The notes beneath the pieces are model-generated. The model ran no database searches. It worked only from the letters and a program-made list of their open reading frames with translations, and was not told the origin of the DNA. A DNA stretch of 52,785 nt from Bacillota bacterium. Its GTDB lineage: Bacteria; Bacillota; Dethiobacteria; DTU022. The DNA lies in contig JAAYGO010000215.1 of assembly GCA_012727685.1 (NCBI GenBank), positions 1 to 52,785 of the forward strand, read 5' to 3'. This document shows positions 47,259 through 52,785 of this stretch, piece after piece. A program made the position numbers and the translations under genes. Position 1 is the stretch's first letter. Each line of letters begins with the position of its first letter.

Positions 47259-49086
47259 GTGTTGGCTTTGTCCCAGGGGATACCGGAGTCCGTTATTGAC
47301 GCCATCAGGCAGCAAACCGATCTGGTCAGTCTGGTCGGCGAATATCTGACCCTGGAAAAGAGGGGGAAAGACCTGGTTGGGCTTTGCCCCTTTCACCATG
47401 AAAAAACCCCTTCTTTCACGGTATCGCCGGATAAGCAGTTGTTTTATTGTTTCGGCTGCGGTGCCTCCGGCAACGTGTTCAGCTTTATCATGAAGCTCGA
47501 AAACCTTACCTTTCCCGAAGCGGCCCGGCTATTGGCCGCACGGGCGGGGATCAGGATTCCTGAACGGAGCAAGGCACCGGCCGGGCAAGATAGTGTAAAG
47601 GAAAAGTTGTATGCCATGAACCTGTTGGCGGCCCGGTATTATCACCACCAGCTTATTAACACTGCAGGTGGAAAAAAAGCGCTCGAATATTTGCGAGAAA
47701 GAGGAATTGGACGCGCTGCCAGCGAAATGTTTATGCTGGGGTACGCCCCTGAAGGTTGGGACAACCTTAAGTCGTTTTTCGTAAAAAAAGGCTATTCCGA
47801 GCAACTGTTGATCAAGGCAGGCCTGGTTACGCCACGGGAAAAAGGCAGCGGTTGTTACGATCGATTTCGGAACCGCTTGATCTTTCCGATTATGAACATC
47901 GGCGGGAAAGTAGTCGGGTTTGGAGGCCGGACTCTTGAAGAGGGGGGCACGGCAGGCCCAAAATATCTTAACTCACCGGAAACTGCCGTCTTTGAAAAGG
48001 GCACGGTCCTCTACGGATTAAACCTGGCCCGCGATGCCATCAGGCGGGAGAAAACAGCGGTTGTGGTTGAAGGTTATACCGATGTGATCGCCGCTCACCA
48101 GGCCGGGATCAAGAATGTGGTTGCCTCCCAGGGCACGGCTTTAACCGCGGCCCAGGCCCGGTTGCTGCGGGCCCAGGCTGAAACGGTGGTTATCGCCTAT
48201 GATGCGGACAGTGCCGGGGAGAACGCCACCTGGCGGGGCCTGAAAATACTGCAGGATGCCGGCTGTTTTGTGCGGGTCGCTGAATTGCCGGCGGGCAGCG
48301 ATCCCGACAGCCTGATCAGGACAGGTGGCGTGGCGGCATTTGAGAAGCTGCTTAAAAGCGCGCGCTACCTGCTGGAATACCAGCTCGACATTCTCCGGCG
48401 CCGTTATAACCCGGCGGAACCGGAAGGCCGGCGGCGTTACATGGAAGAGGTTTTGGGCTTGCTCAGCCAGGTTTCCAACCGGCCGGAGCAGGACTTTTAC
48501 CTGAAAAAGCTGGCCGAAGATGTTGGAGTTTCCGAAGTGGTTTTACGCGCCGAGCTGAGTAAGCGCTGTCAAAAGGGCCGTGGCGTTAATAATCTTCCGG
48601 TAAAAGATCAAACTAATAATATTGATCGATTAGAGATCAATCCAGCCGAAAAGATGCTGATTTCCTTGATGCTCCAGGAAAACGAACTAATCAATTTGGC
48701 CCGGCAAGCTCTAAAACTGGAAGATTTTGAACACGATACCCGGAAAGTAGTGGAAGCAATCTGGAGCCTGGAAGAGAAATGCGGCGCGGTCAGCGGCGAA
48801 ATGTTGATCGATTTATTCGCAGATGCGCAGCTGCATGCGTTGATTACCGGGCTGGCAACAGACCCGAGCTTACAGGAGTTGGACGCGGAACAGGCTAAAC
48901 GCGCCGCCGATGACTGCATTGACAAAATTAAACAGAGGAAGTTGGCCCGCCGGCGGCAGGAGTTGCTAAGAAAATTGAAAGATATGAAATTGAATGATCA
49001 GGCCAGAATCTTACTTCGGGAGCAGTGGCAGATGATTACCGGTAGCAATCGCAGCCCCTACCGTTCCGGAGGAGGAGAGGATTTTA

Positions 49087-49094
<8 letters not shown>
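47259..49094 (+). CDS. dnaG: DNA primase DnaG
   Basis: Zinc finger [11 protein letters not shown]...CFGCG; Toprim VVVEGYTDV...DADSAG. Start ambiguous (GTG 47259, TTG 47262 or TTG 47268). Confidence 0.95.
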
Positions 49095-50229
<1,135 letters not shown>

Positions 50230-50278
50230 AGGATTAAGGGCGATGAAAATGGAAGAAACATTTATTGCTCTAAAACTC

Positions 50279-50307
50279 TTGACTGCTGATCTTTACTCGG
50301 GTATAAT
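50279..50307 (+). promoter_or_regulatory. Sigma-A promoter of tRNA-Asn
   Basis: TTGACT (50279-84), 17 nt, TATAAT (50302-07). Confidence 0.7.
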
Positions 50308-50325
50308 ATCTATTGCCGACAAGGT

Positions 50326-50400
50326 TCCTCAGTAGCTCAATGGCAGAGCGGCCGGCTGTTAACCGGTAGGTTGCAGGTTCGAGTCCTGCCTGGGGAGCCA
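50326..50400 (+). tRNA. tRNA-Asn (anticodon GTT), CCA encoded
   Basis: Folded by hand. Acceptor tcctcag/ctgggga; D arm gctc-aatggca-gagc; anticodon arm gccgg-CTGTTAA-ccggt; variable aggtt; T arm gcagg-ttcgagt-cctgc; discriminator G plus CCA. Confidence 0.9.
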
Positions 50401-50420
50401 ATTTTTATGTACTTTTTTAG

Positions 50421-50462
50421 CTTTCTTTTCTTTCTTCTTTTTTCTTCTTCTTCTTCTTCTTT
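50421..50462. repeat. 42-nt polypyrimidine tract ending in (CTT)6
   Basis: ctttcttttctttcttcttttttcttcttcttcttcttcttt, with (CTT)6 at 50444-50461. Lies between tRNA-Asn and the 3' end of the minus-strand small gene. Confidence 0.9.
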
Positions 50463-50505
50463 AAGCGATGGAAGTCATTTTCTTCAGCTTCTTCAGGCCC
50501 ATGCT

Positions 50506-50697
50506 TTAACTGTTCGTTTTATAATCTCTGTAGAGATTCTCAATGGATCGATCATAAGTTTTTTCGCCGGACTTGGAAAAGAAGCATCCCGGTACTTCTC
50601 CACTTCTGCGGTGATAGGCAACGCATTCACAGCATTTGCCATGTCTAGAACATGAGGAATATGTACAGGTGCAATTGATCGTTGTGTTGCAGGCCAT
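50506..50697 (-). CDS. Small Cys-rich protein (DUF6485-like)
   Basis: [40 protein letters not shown]...: 8 Cys in 63 aa. GGAGG lies 7 nt upstream of ATG 50697. The family name is from memory. Confidence 0.65.
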   Translation of the reverse strand: MACNTTINCTCTYSSCSRHGKCCECVAYHRRSGEVPGCFFSKSGEKTYDRSIENLYRDYKTNS

Positions 50698-50778
50698 TGC
50701 AAATCCTCCAGGACATAAAATTGGCATAAAGTAAAAAACAAAATTGCATTTCATTTAAGCAGGTCAGGTGCTTTTTTC

Positions 50779-51129
50779 TTATTTCCGTAAAATTTTATCC
50801 ATCGCTTTTCCCCTGGCCAGCTCATCGATCAGCCTATCCAGGTAGCGGATCTCCCGCATAACTGCTTCTTCGATTTCTTCCACCCGGACGCCGCAGACCA
50901 CACCTTTGATTTGCTTCCGGGCAGGGTTCGGGTGCGGGGCTTCCGCAAAGAAGGTTTCAAAGTCTACCTGTTTTTCCAGTTGCGCTTCCAGCTCTGCCTG
51001 GCTGTATCCTGTCAGCCAGCGAATGATTGCATCGACTTCCGCTTTCGTCCGTCCCTTTTTCTCTGCCTTTGCAATATAAAGGGGATAGACTTTGGCGAAA
51101 CTCGTGGTATAGATTTGATGTTTGGCCAT
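50779..51129 (-). CDS. DUF2200-family protein
   Basis: [51 protein letters not shown]...[12 protein letters not shown]...[23 protein letters not shown] closely matches my memory of DUF2200 proteins. Confidence 0.75.
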   Translation of the reverse strand: MAKHQIYTTSFAKVYPLYIAKAEKKGRTKAEVDAIIRWLTGYSQAELEAQLEKQVDFETFFAEAPHPNPARKQIKGVVCGVRVEEIEEAVMREIRYLDRLIDELARGKAMDKILRK

Positions 51130-51186
51130 GATCAATCCTCGCTGTTTTTTAATGATCATACAATGGAATAGCGTTGCCGGCAAGAT

Positions 51187-51255
51187 TCCTCAGCAGCTTA
51201 ATGGCTGAGCGGCCGGCTGTTAACCGGTTGTAGGTTCGAGTACTGCTGAAAGCCA
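51187..51255 (+). pseudogene. Degenerate tRNA-Asn copy (tRNA-like remnant)
   Basis: The first 47 nt (acceptor 5' strand through the anticodon arm, GTT kept) match 50326-50372 with 3 substitutions, including U8 to C. The variable loop is reduced to about 1 nt, the T stem has a mismatch and the acceptor 3' strand (tgaaag) no longer pairs. Followed by T6. Confidence 0.65.
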
Positions 51256-51270
51256 TTTTTTCTACTGGAT

Positions 51271-52176
51271 TTAGCGATGCTTCATATTGATAACCCCTTT
51301 TCGCACCGGGGCAAATTGATATCCTGCCTCAATGAGGATTTCGATAATCCGGGGCAGGGCGGCTACGGTATTCTGACTGAGATAATGATCGTGCATCAGA
51401 ACGGCGAGATCGCGCCCTTCATATTTTTTCATCTGGGTGGCCACATTATTGATCAGCGTTTCGACCGGAACGCCGCCGCCGGCATCTTCCAAAGAGATGT
51501 TCCAATCAAAATAATCGTAGCCGCGCTCAATGACGGTGCGGATCAGCTCAGGCATCACCCCGGAGGAGGCGACCGTATTGCTTGATCCGCCGGGGAAGCG
51601 AATAATATCCGGCTTTATTCCCGTCTGCTCATAAATGATCTGTTCCATCCGCAGCACATCATTCCAAAAGGCATCAACGGAGCGGTAAATAGTGTTGAAG
51701 TTATGTGAGTAGGTATGATTTCCCAAGGCATGCCCTTCAGATAAAATGCGCTTGTAGATCTGCTCGTCACCGGAGTCATTGTACCCGGTGACAAAGAAGG
51801 TGGCAGCTATATTGTACTCCTTTAAGATATCGAGTATCAGCAGCGTATTTTCGCTGGGGCCGTCATCGATCGTGAGGTAGGCCAGGGGCCCGCTGCCTCC
51901 GCTTGTTTTCTCTTCCCATTGTTTCTTTTCTTCCTCCAGTTGAGCATATTTTTGCTGCAGCTCTCCAAGCTCCTGCCTCAACTCTTCCAGGGTAAGGCTC
52001 AGTTTATCGCTGTGTGCCCGCTCTGCTTCCAGCTCTCCGCGAAGCTGCTCGGCCGCCGTATCCTGGTGCCAGTAAAAAAGATAATTTAAGATGTTAAAGA
52101 TAAACATGACCAGGGAAAAAATAGTGATTTGGGTAATGATCTGGCGTTGAGGAGCGCCACTCTTCGTCTCCGGCAT
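51271..52176 (-). CDS. Polysaccharide deacetylase (NodB homology domain) with N-terminal TM and coiled coil
   Basis: YLTIDDGPS, ATFFV, GNHTYSH and IRFPGGS motifs. AGGAGGA RBS. Confidence 0.85.
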   Translation of the reverse strand: MPETKSGAPQRQIITQITIFSLVMFIFNILNYLFYWHQDTAAEQLRGELEAERAHSDKLSLTLEELRQELGELQQKYAQLEEEKKQWEEKTSGGSGPLAYLTIDDGPSENTLLILDILKEYNIAATFFVTGYNDSGDEQIYKRILSEGHALGNHTYSHNFNTIYRSVDAFWNDVLRMEQIIYEQTGIKPDIIRFPGGSSNTVASSGVMPELIRTVIERGYDYFDWNISLEDAGGGVPVETLINNVATQMKKYEGRDLAVLMHDHYLSQNTVAALPRIIEILIEAGYQFAPVRKGVINMKHR

Positions 52177-52497
52177 CTTTGTCCTCCTTCTTTAAACTGC
52201 CGCTTTAAACTGCTGCGCTGTGAAGATGATCAAGTACTGCATCATAAATAAAATTCGCCCCTTGGCAAGTTTTTCCTCTATATGAATAGGGATTTTTGCC
52301 TTGTAGAGGATAATTATTGATTCCCTTATCGATTGAGCGGCAATTGGGAAATTGAAAAGCCTCTTAGGCGGTATTGAAGATGAATGCGACAAGGCCAATC
52401 ACCGTTATAAATAGTGGAAGCAAACCATTTTAAGGCAGTCCCAAGCTATTCCATCTGGTAGCACAGTCGATGCGTCAGACAAATCTTTTTTGTTAAG

Positions 52498-52526
52498 TTG
52501 TTAAAATAAATTGGATATGTTAAAAT
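52498..52526 (+). promoter_or_regulatory. Candidate sigma-A promoter with extended -10
   Basis: TTGTTA (52498-503), 17 nt, TGtTAAAAT (52518-26). It would give a leader of about 225 nt before the ATG at 52757. Confidence 0.4.
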
Positions 52527-52579
52527 ATATTATTATTACAAAAGAAACAGGCAATTTAAGCGCTTTTTCGGCAAGCAGG

Positions 52580-52612
52580 AAAAAAATGGGCTGAATATTT
52601 ATTACAGCCCAT
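52580..52612 (-). terminator. Hairpin plus T7 that reads as an intrinsic terminator on the minus strand
   Basis: atgggctg (52586-93) / cagcccat (52605-12), 8-bp stem. A7 at 52580-86 is T7 after the stem on the minus strand. No annotated minus-strand gene feeds into it. Confidence 0.4.
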
Positions 52613-52756
52613 AATCAATGCCAAAGGCTTTGGTAAAAAAATCACAAGCAGGCAGAAGGCAGGTGGGTTAAAAGTGGGTTAACGGTGTGGATCGCTTCTC
52701 GCTGTCTTGCTTAGCATTTCAAGGACGTAGGTCCGGATATTCGGGAGGAGGTAAAA

Positions 52757-52785
52757 ATGTTAAAAAGCAATTTAAAAAAACTGGT
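52757..52785 (+). CDS. 5' end of an unidentified CDS (truncated by the window edge)
   Basis: GGGAGGAGG RBS 7 nt before ATG 52757 (MLKSNLKKL...). Only 9 codons are visible. Confidence 0.4.

Noticed and set aside
50421-50462. Repetitive tract checked as a possible CRISPR or minisatellite array
   Set aside because: It is a simple polypyrimidine/(CTT)6 microsatellite with no spacer-repeat structure. No CRISPR-like array was seen anywhere in the window.
52192-52398. 68-aa minus-strand ORF upstream of the deacetylase gene
   Set aside because: AT-rich intergenic sequence, no RBS, hydrophobic low-information product, and it overlaps the direct repeats at 52191-52213.

Overview
The window looks like a chromosomal segment from a fairly GC-rich, spore-forming Firmicute (Clostridia/Peptococcaceae-like). 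It carries the conserved backbone spoIIP ... hrcA-grpE-dnaK-dnaJ-rsmE-mtaB ... HIT-rpsU-yqeY-nfeD-floA-yqfC-yqfD-phoH-pgpH-ybeY-dgkA-cdd-era-recO ... ccpN-PDRP-ppdK ... dnaG-sigA-tRNA-Asn. All calls rest on protein motifs and synteny read by eye; no searches were run. The best candidate for an undescribed system is an AT-richer block of about 11.7 kb (1630-13400) between spoIIP and the yqxA-like/hrcA genes. It has a near-consensus sigma-54 -24/-12 promoter with a perfect 17-bp palindrome about 170 bp upstream. Behind that promoter lie two tandem paralogous bicupin proteins of unknown function, a five-gene family-5 ABC importer and an aldo-keto reductase with a C-terminal Fe-S domain. An AcoR-like sigma-54 activator follows them on the same strand, behind a sigma-A-type promoter of its own. 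Other points worth a second look: a structurally intact glyQS-type T-box leader with no aminoacyl-tRNA synthetase gene behind it (it sits upstream of ccpN-PDRP-ppdK); an in-frame cytidine deaminase-TrmO fusion; a degenerate second tRNA-Asn copy bracketing a two-gene minus-strand cassette; a stand-alone GltD-like/2x[4Fe-4S]/MvhD fusion protein; and several families of palindromic intergenic repeats, including a roughly 280-bp hairpin element between cdd and era. No CRISPR array, rRNA gene or recognisable transposase/integrase was seen. Many long antisense ORFs in the track are GC-composition artefacts.
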